DNA of 64,000 nt from an uncultured Hyphomicrobiales bacterium. Lineage in GTDB: Bacteria; Pseudomonadota; Alphaproteobacteria; Rhizobiales; Xanthobacteraceae. The notes under the pieces were generated by a model. The model was given only the letters and a program-made list of their open reading frames with translations. It was not told where the DNA came from and ran no database searches. The translations under genes were made by a program, and so were the position numbers. Each line of letters begins with the position of its first letter. Positions within the stretch are counted from its first letter, which is position 1. Location: the NCBI GenBank assembly GCA_903892675.1, contig CAITJJ010000128.1, forward strand, positions 1,785 to 65,784. The letters run 5' to 3'. Positions 45,869-56,628 of the stretch are shown here, one piece after another.

Positions 45869-47074
45869 ATGCCAGACCGCCTACCTGTTGTTATCGCCGG
45901 CGCAGGTCCGACCGGCCTGATGTGCGCGCTCGCCTTGCGCAAGCAAGGCATCCCTGTCGTTCTGTTTGAAGCGGAGCCGGCGCTGACGCATGACCTGCGC
46001 GCCGGCTCGTTTCATCCGCCGACCCTGGAGATGATGGCGCCCTACGGCATCACCGCGAAGATGCACGAGACCGGCCTGAAGGTGCAGCGTTGGCAGATCC
46101 GCAACCGGCCCGGCGATCTGGTTGCCGAATTCAATCTCGATCTGCTCAAGGACGTGACGCCCTACCCGTACCGTCTGCATCTCGAACAGCACCGGCTGAC
46201 GCCGATCCAGCTCGATATCCTGCGCCGCGACCCGGATGTGGAAATCAACTTCGGCCACTCGCTCAAAAGCTTCACGCAGGATGCCGATGGCGTCACGGTG
46301 ACCTTCGGCACTGGCGCCACGGACCGCACAGTCAAGGGATCATGGCTGATTGGCGCCGACGGCGGCCGCAGCGCGGTGCGCAAGGGTCTCGACGTCGAAT
46401 TCGAGGGTTTCACCTGGCCGGAGCTGTTCGTGGTGGTGAGCACGCCCTACGATTTCGCGCAGCACGGCTTCGCGCTCAACTGCTATATCGCCGACCCGAT
46501 CGAATGGGGCGCGCTGTTCAAGGTGCCGGACGATGGCGCGCCCGGTCTGTGGCGGCTGGCCTATCCGGTCAATCCGGACGAAGGCGAAGAGACGTTGCTG
46601 GCGCCGGAGCGGATAGAGGATACGTTGCAACGGCTGGTGCCAACCGGCAAGCCTTACGACATTCGCTACAAGAGCACCTACCGCGTCCACCAACGCGTCG
46701 CGTCGTCGTTCCGGTCGGGCCGCGTTCTGCTGGCCGGCGATGCCGCCCATCTCAATAATCCGCTCGGTGGCTTCGGCCTCAACAGCGGCATTCATGACGC
46801 CATCCATCTTTGTGACAAGCTCAGCCGTCATTGGCACGGCGAGGGCGAGGCCCTGCTCGACCTTTATGCGCGGCAGCGGCGCGCCGCCACGATCGAGCAG
46901 GTGCAGGCCATGTCGATCCGCAACAAGCAGACAATGGAAGAACGCGACCCCGCCGTGCAGCGGGCGCGGCTCGAGGAATTGATGGCGATTGCCGCCGATC
47001 CGGTCCGGGCGCGCGAGCACCTGCTCAATACGTCGATGATTTCGGGGCTCAAGCGGGCGAACGAGGTGGCGTGA
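45869..47074 (+). CDS. FAD-dependent monooxygenase (MhpA/UbiH family)
   Basis: GAGPTG, GADGGRSAVR and RVLLAGDAAH.NNPLGGFGLNSGIHDA. Confidence 0.9.
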   Translation: MPDRLPVVIAGAGPTGLMCALALRKQGIPVVLFEAEPALTHDLRAGSFHPPTLEMMAPYGITAKMHETGLKVQRWQIRNRPGDLVAEFNLDLLKDVTPYPYRLHLEQHRLTPIQLDILRRDPDVEINFGHSLKSFTQDADGVTVTFGTGATDRTVKGSWLIGADGGRSAVRKGLDVEFEGFTWPELFVVVSTPYDFAQHGFALNCYIADPIEWGALFKVPDDGAPGLWRLAYPVNPDEGEETLLAPERIEDTLQRLVPTGKPYDIRYKSTYRVHQRVASSFRSGRVLLAGDAAHLNNPLGGFGLNSGIHDAIHLCDKLSRHWHGEGEALLDLYARQRRAATIEQVQAMSIRNKQTMEERDPAVQRARLEELMAIAADPVRAREHLLNTSMISGLKRANEVA

Positions 47075-47106
47075 CCTTTCCTGCCCGGGTCTGCTAACCT
47101 CCGCTT

Positions 47107-49875
47107 ATGTCCCTGATCCATCCCATCGGCGTCGACGAACCGGAGCTCTCGCCCGAAAGCGGCGGGCCGACGCCGACCCATGATGGCAACGGCAAGCTGT
47201 CGCCGATGCTCGAGCAATATATCGAGATCAAGACCGCCAATCCCGGCTCGCTGCTGTTCTACCGGATGGGCGATTTCTACGAGTTGTTCTTCGAGGACGC
47301 CGAGGTGGCGAGCCGCGCGCTCGGCATCGTCTTGACCAAGCGCGGCAAGCATCAGGGCCAGGACATCCCGATGTGCGGCGTGCCGGTGGTGCGCTCGGAC
47401 GAATATCTGCACCGGCTGATCGCGCTCGGCCACCGCGTCGCGGTCTGCGAACAGCTCGAGGACCCGGCCGAAGCAAAAAAGCGCGGCTCCAAGAGCGTGG
47501 TGCGGCGCGACGTTGTCCGTCTTGTGACGCCCGGCACGCTGACCGAAGACACTTTGCTCGACGCCCGGCGCAACAACTATCTCCTCGCTATCGCGCGAGC
47601 ACGGCTGTCGTCGGTCGATAGCGAGGCACGTTTCGGCCTCGCCTGGATCGACATCTCCACCGGCGAATTTCGGATCACCGAATGCGACCGGTTGATGCTC
47701 TCGGCCGAGATCGCACGCCTCGAACCAAGTGAAATTCTCGTTTCGGACGCGCTCTATGCCGATGCCGAACTGGTGCCGACCTGGCGCGAATTGCCGGCGG
47801 TGACGCCATTGACCCGCGACGTGTTCGACGGCGCCACCGCCGAGCGGCGGCTGACGTCGTTTTTCGCGGTAGCCACCAGTGAGGCTTTCGGTGCTTTGTC
47901 GCGGCTGGAAATTACCGCCGCCGCGGCTTGCGTCACTTACGTCGAACGCACGCAGATCGGCCAGCGCCCGCCGCTGTCGCCGCCTTTGCGCGAAGCGGCG
48001 TCGGCGACAATGGCGATCGACCAGGCAACGCGCGGCAATCTCGAATTGATGCGTACATTGTCAGGCGAACGGCGCGGCTCGCTCCTCGACTGCGTCGACC
48101 GCACGGTGACCTCGGCAGGCTCGCGCCTGCTGGCGCAGCGGCTGGCGGCGCCGCTGACCGACGTGAAAGCCATCGGCCAGCGGCTCGACGCGGTCGCCTG
48201 CTTCGTCGATGATGTCACGACGCGCGCTGATACGCGCTCGCGGCTCGCCGCGGCACCCGATCTGGCGCGGGCGCTGTCGCGCATTGCCCTGCAGCGCGGC
48301 GGCCCACGCGACCTTGCCGCCATTCGTGATGGCGTGCGCGCGGCAAGCGATATCGCCAAAATGCTGGACGTGGCGCTCGGCGCATTGAAGGATATTCCGG
48401 CGGAGATCGCCGAAGCATCAAGACTGTGCCGCAGGCCGGATACGACGCCCGCCACCGAGTTGGCGCGGGCGCTGGCCGATGAACTGCCGCTGATCAAGCG
48501 TGACGGCGGCTTTGTCCGCGAAGGCTATGACGCGACGCTCGACGAGACCCGCGCCCTGCGCGACGAGTCACGCCGCGTCGTCGCCGCCTTGCAGGCGCGC
48601 TACGCCGACGAAACCGGCATCAAAGGCCTGAAGATCCGGCACAACAACGTACTCGGCTATTTCGTCGAAGTGACCGCGCAACACGCCGACAAGCTCACCG
48701 CGCCGCCCTTGAACGCCACCTTCATTCATCGCCAGTCATTGGCCGGCCAGGTGCGCTTCACCTCGACCGAACTCGGCGAACTTGAAGCGAAGATCGCCAG
48801 CGCCGCCGACCGCTCGCTCGGGCTTGAGCTGGAGATATTCGAGAGACTTTCAGGCGCGGTGATCGCGCAAGGTGCGGCGATCAAGCAATGCGCCGGGGCG
48901 CTGGCGCGGCTCGATGCCGCCGCCGCGCTCGGTGCGCTCGCCGCCGAGCGCAATTACGCGCGGCCGCTGATCGATGAATCGCTTGCCTTTGCAATCGAAG
49001 GCGGACGTCATCCCGTTGTCGAGCAGGCGCTGGCGCGCGACGGCACGCCTTTCGTGGCGAACGACAGCGACCTGTCGCCGCCGCCGGAAATGGAGGCCGG
49101 CCGCATCTGGTTGATCACCGGTCCGAACATGGCCGGCAAATCGACCTTCCTGCGGCAGAACGCCTTGATCGCCATCATGGCGCAAATGGGCTCATTCGTG
49201 CCGGCGAAGTCCGCGCATATAGGCGTTGTCGACCGGCTGTTCTCGCGCGTCGGCGCGGCCGACGATCTGGCGCGCGGCCGCTCGACCTTCATGGTCGAGA
49301 TGGTCGAGACCGCCGCCATTCTCAATCAGGCGGGTGCGCGCTCGCTGGTCATTCTTGACGAAATCGGCCGCGGCACCGCGACCTTCGATGGCCTGTCGAT
49401 TGCCTGGGCGACCGTCGAGCATCTGCACGACGTCAACAAATGCCGATCGCTGTTCGCCACACATTTCCACGAACTGACCGCGCTGTCGGCGCGGCTCAAT
49501 CGCCTGCACAATGTCACCGTCAAGGTGAAGGAGTGGAAGGGCGACGTCGTGTTTTTGCACGAAGTCGCGCCGGGCGCCGCCGACCGCTCCTACGGCATTC
49601 AAGTCGCCAAGCTCGCCGGATTGCCGTCGAGCGTAATCGAGCGCGCGAGGCTGGTGCTGGCGAAGCTGGAGCAGGAAGACCGCGCCGCGCCCAAAGGCTT
49701 CGAAGACCTGCCGCTCTTCGCAACGCCGTACAAGGCGCCGGCGGTGCAGGAGGTCGCGCATGAATTGCTGGTGGCCGCGGTCGCCGCGCTCAATCCTGAC
49801 GAGATGTCGCCGCGCGAGGCGATGGAAGCGATCTATGCGCTCAAGGCCAAATTGGGCGAGAGCGGGAAAACGTAG
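47107..49875 (+). CDS. mutS: DNA mismatch repair protein MutS
   Basis: [43 protein letters not shown] and SYGIQVA. Confidence 0.98.
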   Translation: MSLIHPIGVDEPELSPESGGPTPTHDGNGKLSPMLEQYIEIKTANPGSLLFYRMGDFYELFFEDAEVASRALGIVLTKRGKHQGQDIPMCGVPVVRSDEYLHRLIALGHRVAVCEQLEDPAEAKKRGSKSVVRRDVVRLVTPGTLTEDTLLDARRNNYLLAIARARLSSVDSEARFGLAWIDISTGEFRITECDRLMLSAEIARLEPSEILVSDALYADAELVPTWRELPAVTPLTRDVFDGATAERRLTSFFAVATSEAFGALSRLEITAAAACVTYVERTQIGQRPPLSPPLREAASATMAIDQATRGNLELMRTLSGERRGSLLDCVDRTVTSAGSRLLAQRLAAPLTDVKAIGQRLDAVACFVDDVTTRADTRSRLAAAPDLARALSRIALQRGGPRDLAAIRDGVRAASDIAKMLDVALGALKDIPAEIAEASRLCRRPDTTPATELARALADELPLIKRDGGFVREGYDATLDETRALRDESRRVVAALQARYADETGIKGLKIRHNNVLGYFVEVTAQHADKLTAPPLNATFIHRQSLAGQVRFTSTELGELEAKIASAADRSLGLELEIFERLSGAVIAQGAAIKQCAGALARLDAAAALGALAAERNYARPLIDESLAFAIEGGRHPVVEQALARDGTPFVANDSDLSPPPEMEAGRIWLITGPNMAGKSTFLRQNALIAIMAQMGSFVPAKSAHIGVVDRLFSRVGAADDLARGRSTFMVEMVETAAILNQAGARSLVILDEIGRGTATFDGLSIAWATVEHLHDVNKCRSLFATHFHELTALSARLNRLHNVTVKVKEWKGDVVFLHEVAPGAADRSYGIQVAKLAGLPSSVIERARLVLAKLEQEDRAAPKGFEDLPLFATPYKAPAVQEVAHELLVAAVAALNPDEMSPREAMEAIYALKAKLGESGKT

Positions 49876-49877
49876 CG

Positions 49878-50699
49878 CTACGCTTGTTGCGCGCCGGGCG
49901 TCCGCTGCCTCTTCCACAGCCACAGCGCGCCGTTCCATGAAATGCCGATGGCAAGCCCCACCCCGTAGGACCACCAGACGCCGATGGGTTCGGCGAGATG
50001 ATGCACGGCGTACAGGCTGAGAAACAGCCCGACCAACGGCGCCTGCACATGCGCGGCAACGCTCGCCGCCGCTGGCCCGCCAAGGCGCGTATGCAAGATG
50101 ATGAAGAACGAACTCATCGCTACCGGGAAGAACGCGAAAACGCCGGAGAAATACGAGCCGATCGATGTGCTCAAGCCGGTGACGATGAGAACGCATAGCG
50201 TCACCACGGCCATGCGCCAGACGACGTCGCGCCCGGTCAGATCGACATGCGGCTTGATCTTGCCGTCGCCGAGAAAGCGCCGCGCGGCCAGAATAGTGAT
50301 GGAAAAGACGACGATGTCGAACAGCAGCGCCGTGTTCGCGGTCCTGCCAATCAGCCGCGAGCCGAGCGCGCCGGCAAACCAAACGGCCATGGCGCCGCAC
50401 AGGCTCACCAGCAAGCCATGCCGCTGCGCCAGCGCCGCGTAGGTCAGCGCGTAAACGGCGCAGACGGCGTCGACCACCATGCTGCCGATCATGCTCTGCG
50501 CGATGAAGGCCGGCGTATGCTCCATCGCCAGGATGATGAGCGCCGCGCCGCCGGCGGTCGGCAAGGAGGCGATCAGCGCGCCGATGAAGGGTCCGCTGCG
50601 CTCGACCAGCACCGATGCCGCGACCGTAATGCTCACGGTAATTGCAATCTTCAACGCAAGCGAAGACCAGAACACCGGATCGGAAAGCAGCGCGCTCAT
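49878..50699 (-). CDS. Uncharacterised multi-pass membrane protein, paralog A
   Basis: 273 aa, about 9-10 hydrophobic segments; ERSGPFIGALIASLP and GSYFSGVFAFFP...ILHTRLGGPA. Confidence 0.75.
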   Translation of the reverse strand: MSALLSDPVFWSSLALKIAITVSITVAASVLVERSGPFIGALIASLPTAGGAALIILAMEHTPAFIAQSMIGSMVVDAVCAVYALTYAALAQRHGLLVSLCGAMAVWFAGALGSRLIGRTANTALLFDIVVFSITILAARRFLGDGKIKPHVDLTGRDVVWRMAVVTLCVLIVTGLSTSIGSYFSGVFAFFPVAMSSFFIILHTRLGGPAAASVAAHVQAPLVGLFLSLYAVHHLAEPIGVWWSYGVGLAIGISWNGALWLWKRQRTPGAQQA

Positions 50700-51490
50700 G
50701 GAGCGGCCAGCCGGCGGCGCGCGAAGAACACCAACAAATTACAGCCGACCGAAACGGCGAGCGTCAGGCTCAAGGCGATGGCTGCGCCGAGCGGATCGGC
50801 GGCGAGATTAAGGGTGATGCAGGCGATGCCGAAGCCGCCAAGCCCGATGACCGCGTTCGCCATTACTGCCGCCGTCGCCGGGCCGCCGACGCGGCGGTGC
50901 AGGATCAGAATAATGCTGGTCAACACGATCGGGAACACGGCCAGATTGCCGCTCGCTGTCGGGCCGATGTGATAGCTCAGCGTCACGACAATGCCGACCA
51001 GCAGCGCCACCATGGCGGCGCGCATGAGCAGATCGTGCCAGCGCGCCTTCACCTGCGGCGAGCGGACATGACGCAGCGTGGCCGACAGTCCCAGCGACAC
51101 CGCCAGTACCGCGACATTGAAGACGATAGCGGCCGGCAAGGTCCAGGGCACGAAACTGGTCAGCCAGTTCAGCACGATCCAGATGGCAAAGGCCCCGGAC
51201 AGGCTGACCGCCAGCGAACGCTTCTGTGCCAAGAGCGCATAAGTGAGCGCAAACACAATATTGATGCCGTTCGTCACCAGGCTGCCGAGCGCGCTGACGC
51301 CGACGAAATGTGCGCCATGATCGAGCGCCAGAAAAATGTAAACCGGACCGGCGCTGATCGGCAGCGTCGCCACGAGTCCGCCGACCAGCGGACCGGCCCG
51401 CTCGGCGGTAATCGTCGCCGCCAGCAGGAAAGCGGCGGTGACCGCCATGCGCACGATCAGCGTCAGAATGAAATAGTGGTCGGGCGACAT
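50696..51490 (-). CDS. Uncharacterised multi-pass membrane protein, paralog B
   Basis: 264 aa; ERAGPLVGGLVATLP and GPTASGNLAVFP...ILHRRVGGPA. ATGA overlap with paralog A. Confidence 0.75.
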   Translation of the reverse strand: MSPDHYFILTLIVRMAVTAAFLLAATITAERAGPLVGGLVATLPISAGPVYIFLALDHGAHFVGVSALGSLVTNGINIVFALTYALLAQKRSLAVSLSGAFAIWIVLNWLTSFVPWTLPAAIVFNVAVLAVSLGLSATLRHVRSPQVKARWHDLLMRAAMVALLVGIVVTLSYHIGPTASGNLAVFPIVLTSIILILHRRVGGPATAAVMANAVIGLGGFGIACITLNLAADPLGAAIALSLTLAVSVGCNLLVFFARRRLAAP

Positions 51491-51526
51491 TTGGCTTTTC
51501 TTATTCCTTCCCTATTCGGGGAGGGA

Positions 51527-52588
51527 TCAAGAAGCCGGCGTCAACACGACGCGGCCGATGACCTTGCCGGCGCGCAGATCGTTGAGCGCATCGTTGACCT
51601 CGTCGAGCGGCCGCTCGCGCAACGGCACTGGCGGCACGCCGGTGCGGCTGACGAGGTCAAGCAATTCCTTCAACTCCGGCAGCGAGCCGACATAGGAGCC
51701 CTGAATGGTCATCGCCCGCATCGGAAAGAACGGAGTCGATACGGTGACGTCGCCGCCGAACAGGCCGACGATGATGATCCTGCCGCCCTTCACTACCAGC
51801 GAGTCGATGGCGAGCTTCACGGTATCCGACGAGCCGACGAAGTCGACCACCGACCAGGCGCCGCCATTGGTCGCCGCCTGAATCTGCTTCGCCGCGTCGG
51901 CCGCGCGGCCGTCGATCGCGGCAATCGCGCCGGCCTTCAGCGCTGCCACGCGCTTGGCGGGGTCTATGTCGACCATGACGACGCTCTTGCCGCCCATGGC
52001 GCGATGCAGCGCGATTGCCATCAGGCCGAGCCCACCGGCGCCCATGATGACGACCGGTTCGTCCTTGATCGCCGGTCCGACTTTTTTCAGCGCGCTGAAC
52101 GCGGTGATGCCTGAGCATGCCAATGGCGCCGCCTGCACCGGCGTCAACGTGCCGATGTCGAACAGGTGGCGCGGATGCGGCACCATGACGTGGCTGGCAT
52201 AGCCACCATCGGTGAAGACACCGAGATTGCGCGGCGTCTTGCACAGGTTCTCCTCGCCGCGCTTGCACACCATGCATTCGCCGCAGCCGATCCAGGGATT
52301 GGCGAGCCGCACGTCGCCGATCCTGACGCCCTTCGCATCCGGGCCAACCGCGACGACTTCGCCGACATTTTCGTGACCCATGGTCAGCGGCAGCTTGATG
52401 CCGCGCTCGAGCAACTGGAGACGCTTGCCGCCGCCCAATTCATAGTAGCCATCCCATATGTGCAGATCGCTGTGGCAAACGCCGGCGGCCATGACCTTGA
52501 GCAAGACTTCGGTGCCGGCCGGCTGCGGGGTGGGCTTTTCGTTGAGCTGCAGCGGCTCGCCACAACGGCAGACTTGAAACATACGCAT
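51527..52588 (-). CDS. Zinc-dependent alcohol dehydrogenase (MDR family)
   Basis: GVCHSD, GHE, CGECMVC...EENLC and GAGGLG. Start at ATG 52588. Confidence 0.92.
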   Translation of the reverse strand: MRMFQVCRCGEPLQLNEKPTPQPAGTEVLLKVMAAGVCHSDLHIWDGYYELGGGKRLQLLERGIKLPLTMGHENVGEVVAVGPDAKGVRIGDVRLANPWIGCGECMVCKRGEENLCKTPRNLGVFTDGGYASHVMVPHPRHLFDIGTLTPVQAAPLACSGITAFSALKKVGPAIKDEPVVIMGAGGLGLMAIALHRAMGGKSVVMVDIDPAKRVAALKAGAIAAIDGRAADAAKQIQAATNGGAWSVVDFVGSSDTVKLAIDSLVVKGGRIIIVGLFGGDVTVSTPFFPMRAMTIQGSYVGSLPELKELLDLVSRTGVPPVPLRERPLDEVNDALNDLRAGKVIGRVVLTPAS

Positions 52589-52814
52589 AGCGCGAAGGCC
52601 TCCCCCGGACTGTATGTGCTTGAATCGACCATAACGCGCCGCCCGGCCTGCCACCACTGCTGCCCGGCGGGAACTGCCATGCCGCGTTTTCAGGCACTTT
52701 TCCGCACTGCACACGCCCGGATGGCTTTGGCCAATCGAAAACCCAAGCTGAAGCCTTGGGACCTGTCGCATCGCAGGTGACTTAACGCCCCGCCTCCGCT
52801 ATCCCGATGGCCCC

Positions 52815-55640
52815 ATGGCCTCTCTCGTCATCGACCGCGATTCGCCCAAAGCCACTGGCGCCCCCGCCAGGGCGCCAGCCGAGCTGATCGACAGCCGTGC
52901 CATCGTCGCCGACCTCGAAAAGCTCGCCAAGAGCAAGACCGGCAACGACGTCGAATTGCGCTCGGCGCTGGCGCAGCGGCTCAAGACGGCGCTGATCGAG
53001 GGCCGCGCCAAGGCCGAAAAACTTCTGCTCACGGATCGCCATGGCCGTCGCTGCGCCGAGCGGCTGTGCCAGATGGAAGACGAGATTATCCGTATCCTGT
53101 TCGAGTTCGTGCGAAAGCATCTCTATCCGTCAGAGAACCCGTCCGAGACCGAGCATATGGCGGTGGTCGCCACCGGCGGCTATGGCCGCGGACTGCAGGC
53201 GCCGGGATCCGACATCGATCTGTTGTTCCTGCTGCCTTACAAACAGACCGCCTGGGGCGAGTCGGTCGCCGAGGCGATCCTCTATGCGCTGTGGGACACC
53301 GGACTGAAGGTCGGCCACGCGACGCGCTCGGTCGACGAATGCATCCGCCAGGCGAAGGCGGACATGACGATCCGCACCGCCATTCTCGAAGCGCGCTTTC
53401 TGCTCGGCGACAAGAAACTGTTCGATGAACTGGTGACGCGCTTCGACCAGGACGTGGTGCGCGGTACTGGTAATGAATTCGTCGCCGCCAAGCTCGGCGA
53501 ACGCGAGGACCGTCACCGTCGCGGCGGTCAGTCGCGCTATCTGGTCGAGCCGAACGTCAAGGACGGCAAAGGGGGCTTACGCGACCTGCACACATTGTTC
53601 TGGATCGCAAAGTATGTCTATCGGGTGCGCGAGCCGGACGAATTGATCAAACGCGGCGTTTTCGACAAGCATGAATATGAACTGTTCCGCCGCTGCGAGG
53701 ACTTCCTCTGGTCGGTGCGCTGTCATCTGCATTTCGTCACCGGCCGCGCGGAGGAACGCCTGTCCTTCGACATCCAGCGCGAAATCGCGGTGCGCCTCGG
53801 CTACACCGAACATCCCGGCCAGCAGGATGTCGAGCGCTTCATGAAGCACTACTTCCTCAACGCCAAGGACGTCGGCGATTTGACCGCCATCGTCTGCGCC
53901 GAGCTGGAAGAGAGCGAAGCCAAGTCCGTGCCGGTGCTGTCGCGCGTGATGGCCAAGCTGCGTCCGGTCAAACGCAAGGCGATCGCCGGCACCGAGGACT
54001 TCATCGCCGAAAACAACCGTATCCGCATCGTCAATGGCAGCGTGTTCCGGCGCGATCCGGTCAACCTGATCCGCATTTTCGATCTGGCGCAGAAACACAA
54101 TTTCGCCCTGCACCCGGACGCGATGCGGGCGATGACGCGCTCGCTCAAGCTGATCGACGCCAAGCTGCGCGACAACGAGGAAGCCAATCGGCTTTTCCTC
54201 GACATCGTCACCTCCAAGAACGACCCGGAAACGGTGCTGCGGCGCATGAACGAAGCCGGCGTGCTCGGCCGTTTCGTGCCGGCCTTCGGCAAGGTCGTCG
54301 CGATGATGCAGTTCAACATGTACCACCACTATACGGTGGACGAGCATCTGCTGCGCTGCATCGGCGTGCTGACCGAGATAGAGCGCGGCACCAATAAGGA
54401 AACCTCGCTCGCCAACGAATTGATCCACAAGATCACACCGGCCAGCCGCAAGATATTGTTCGTGACGATGTTCCTGCACGACATCGCCAAGGGCCGGCCG
54501 GAGGATCATTCGATCGCCGGCGCGCGTATTGCGCGGCGATTCTGTCCGCGGCTTGGATTTTCCGCCGCCGACACCGAGACGATCGCCTGGCTGATCGAGC
54601 AGCATCTGGTGATGTCGAGCGTGGCGCAATCGCGCGATCTGTCCGACCGCAAGACCATCGAGAATTTCGCAGCGGTCGTTCAATCGGTCGAGCGGCTCAA
54701 ACTGCTGACCATTCTCACCACCGCCGACATCCGCGCCGTCGGCCCCGGCGTCTGGAACGGCTGGAAGGCGCAACTTATCCGCACTTTATATTTCGAGACC
54801 GAGCCGGTGCTGACCGGCGGTTTCTCCGAAGTCAATCGCGCGCAGCGCGTCGCCGCCGCCCAGAACGAATTCCGCGCTTCCATGAAGACGACGGATTGGC
54901 CGCCGGAGCGGATCGAAGCTTACATCGCACGTCTCTATCCGGCCTATTGGCTCAAGGTCGACCTCGATCACAAGGTCGAACACGCGCAATTCGTGCGCAC
55001 CGCCGAGGACGACGGCAAGAACCTTGCCACGGCCATCCGCTTCGACGCCGCGCGCGCGGTGATCGAACTGACCGTGCTGGCGCCCGATCATCCGTGGCTG
55101 CTGTCGATCATCGCCGGAGCCTGTTCGGTGGCCGGCGGCAACATCGTCGATGCGCAGATCTACACCACCACCGACGGCCGCGCGCTCGACACCATTTCGC
55201 TGTCGCGCGAATTCGAGCGCACCGAGGACGAGGAGCGGCGCGGCAGCCGCATCGCCGACTCGATCCAGAAGGCGCTGCGCGGCGAATTGCGGCTTCCTGA
55301 CGTTGTTGCCAAGCGCGTCGCGCCCAAGGGCCGCATCAAGGCCTTCGCGCTGGAGCCATCGGTTGCCATCAACAACCAGTGGTCCCATCGCTACACGATG
55401 GTGGAAGTCACCGGGCTGGACCGCACCGGCCTGCTTTTCGAGCTGACCGCGACATTGTCGAAACTCAACCTCAACATTGCCTCGGCTCATGTCGCGACTT
55501 TCGGCGAGCGGGTGGTCGATGTGTTCTATGTGACCGACCTGATGGGTGCGCAAATCACCTCGCCGACCCGCCAAGCCGCCATCAAGCGGGCCCTGATTGC
55601 GCTGTTCGCCAAGCCGGAAAAGCCCGGTCGGGCCGCCTGA
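52815..55640 (+). CDS. glnD: [Protein-PII] uridylyltransferase/uridylyl-removing enzyme
   Basis: GGYGR..Q.PGSDIDLL, EPNVKDGKGGLRD, YHHYTVDEH, HDIAKG and two C-terminal ACT domains. Confidence 0.97.
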   Translation: MASLVIDRDSPKATGAPARAPAELIDSRAIVADLEKLAKSKTGNDVELRSALAQRLKTALIEGRAKAEKLLLTDRHGRRCAERLCQMEDEIIRILFEFVRKHLYPSENPSETEHMAVVATGGYGRGLQAPGSDIDLLFLLPYKQTAWGESVAEAILYALWDTGLKVGHATRSVDECIRQAKADMTIRTAILEARFLLGDKKLFDELVTRFDQDVVRGTGNEFVAAKLGEREDRHRRGGQSRYLVEPNVKDGKGGLRDLHTLFWIAKYVYRVREPDELIKRGVFDKHEYELFRRCEDFLWSVRCHLHFVTGRAEERLSFDIQREIAVRLGYTEHPGQQDVERFMKHYFLNAKDVGDLTAIVCAELEESEAKSVPVLSRVMAKLRPVKRKAIAGTEDFIAENNRIRIVNGSVFRRDPVNLIRIFDLAQKHNFALHPDAMRAMTRSLKLIDAKLRDNEEANRLFLDIVTSKNDPETVLRRMNEAGVLGRFVPAFGKVVAMMQFNMYHHYTVDEHLLRCIGVLTEIERGTNKETSLANELIHKITPASRKILFVTMFLHDIAKGRPEDHSIAGARIARRFCPRLGFSAADTETIAWLIEQHLVMSSVAQSRDLSDRKTIENFAAVVQSVERLKLLTILTTADIRAVGPGVWNGWKAQLIRTLYFETEPVLTGGFSEVNRAQRVAAAQNEFRASMKTTDWPPERIEAYIARLYPAYWLKVDLDHKVEHAQFVRTAEDDGKNLATAIRFDAARAVIELTVLAPDHPWLLSIIAGACSVAGGNIVDAQIYTTTDGRALDTISLSREFERTEDEERRGSRIADSIQKALRGELRLPDVVAKRVAPKGRIKAFALEPSVAINNQWSHRYTMVEVTGLDRTGLLFELTATLSKLNLNIASAHVATFGERVVDVFYVTDLMGAQITSPTRQAAIKRALIALFAKPEKPGRAA

Positions 55641-55711
55641 CCGCCGGGAAATCGGATAGGCCGGCCGGCTTGTGCCTGACGACTCAGCAGTAATCTGCCT
55701 ATAATTGTTCC

Positions 55712-56617
55712 ATGTTTGCCCGACCTGGCCGCCCGCCTGCCATTCTGATCGCATGTCTTGCGGCAAGTCTTGCGGCATGTCTTGCGCTGTTGGGTTCGGC
55801 CGCAACCGTGCGCGCCGACGCACGGCTCAACGCACATTTTTCGATCACAATGGTCGGCGTTTCGATCGGCCAATTGTCGTGGACGATCGACCTCAATCCC
55901 GGCATCTACACGACGTCGGCCAACGGCAAGGCCAGCGGCGCGCTCAGCGTGCTGGTCAACGGCGAAGGCAGGGTGGCAACGCGCGGCATCATCGAGGCCG
56001 ACCGGCTGCGGCCAACTTTTTTCTCGTCAAACGTGACTGAAGACGGCGAAGTCGCCGGCCTGCAGATGACATTCGAGAACGGCAACGTGAAAGCATTGCG
56101 CCTGGATACGCCGCCGAAGAAAGACGACCGTATCCCGATCACCGAAGCCCATCGCCGCGACGTCATCGATCCGCTGACGGCCATGCTGGTCGTTGCATCG
56201 CCAGGCGAGAAATCGGTGCTGGTGCCGGCCGATTGCGACCGGGTGCTGCCTATTTTCGACGGCCAACGGCGTTACGATCTGGCGCTGTCTTTCAAGCGTC
56301 TCGATCGCATGAAGATCGACATCGGTTATGCCGGACCGGTGTTGGTCTGCGCGGTCATGCTCAAGCCAATTGCTGGCTATCGTGCCGACAGCATGCTGGT
56401 GAAATATGTCGGCGGGCAGCGCGACATGGAAATCTGGTTCGCGCCGATCGTCGGTAGCAATATGATCGCGCCGGCGCGGCTGGTGATGCCGACCTTGATC
56501 GGCACTCTCGAGATCGCCGCCGACCGTTTCGAAGCGACGGCGATCAAGTCCATGGTTCCGGCGGTAACGCCGGGAGCTCCTCTGCCGCCGCCAACCGCGA
56601 GCGCCGCACCGAATTGA
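55712..56617 (+). CDS. DUF3108 domain exported protein
   Basis: Signal peptide; IDPLTA, C.R.LPIFDG.RRYDL, C.V...PIAGY and EIWFAP motifs as recalled for rhizobial DUF3108 proteins. Confidence 0.75.
   Translation: MFARPGRPPAILIACLAASLAACLALLGSAATVRADARLNAHFSITMVGVSIGQLSWTIDLNPGIYTTSANGKASGALSVLVNGEGRVATRGIIEADRLRPTFFSSNVTEDGEVAGLQMTFENGNVKALRLDTPPKKDDRIPITEAHRRDVIDPLTAMLVVASPGEKSVLVPADCDRVLPIFDGQRRYDLALSFKRLDRMKIDIGYAGPVLVCAVMLKPIAGYRADSMLVKYVGGQRDMEIWFAPIVGSNMIAPARLVMPTLIGTLEIAADRFEATAIKSMVPAVTPGAPLPPPTASAAPN
55751..55786 (+). repeat. In-frame 12-bp tandem repeat (3 copies)
   Basis: GCATGTCTTGCG GCAAGTCTTGCG GCATGTCTTGCG, encoding ACLA-ASLA-ACLA in the signal peptide. Confidence 0.8.
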
Positions 56618-56628
56618 TCGGCCAGGCG

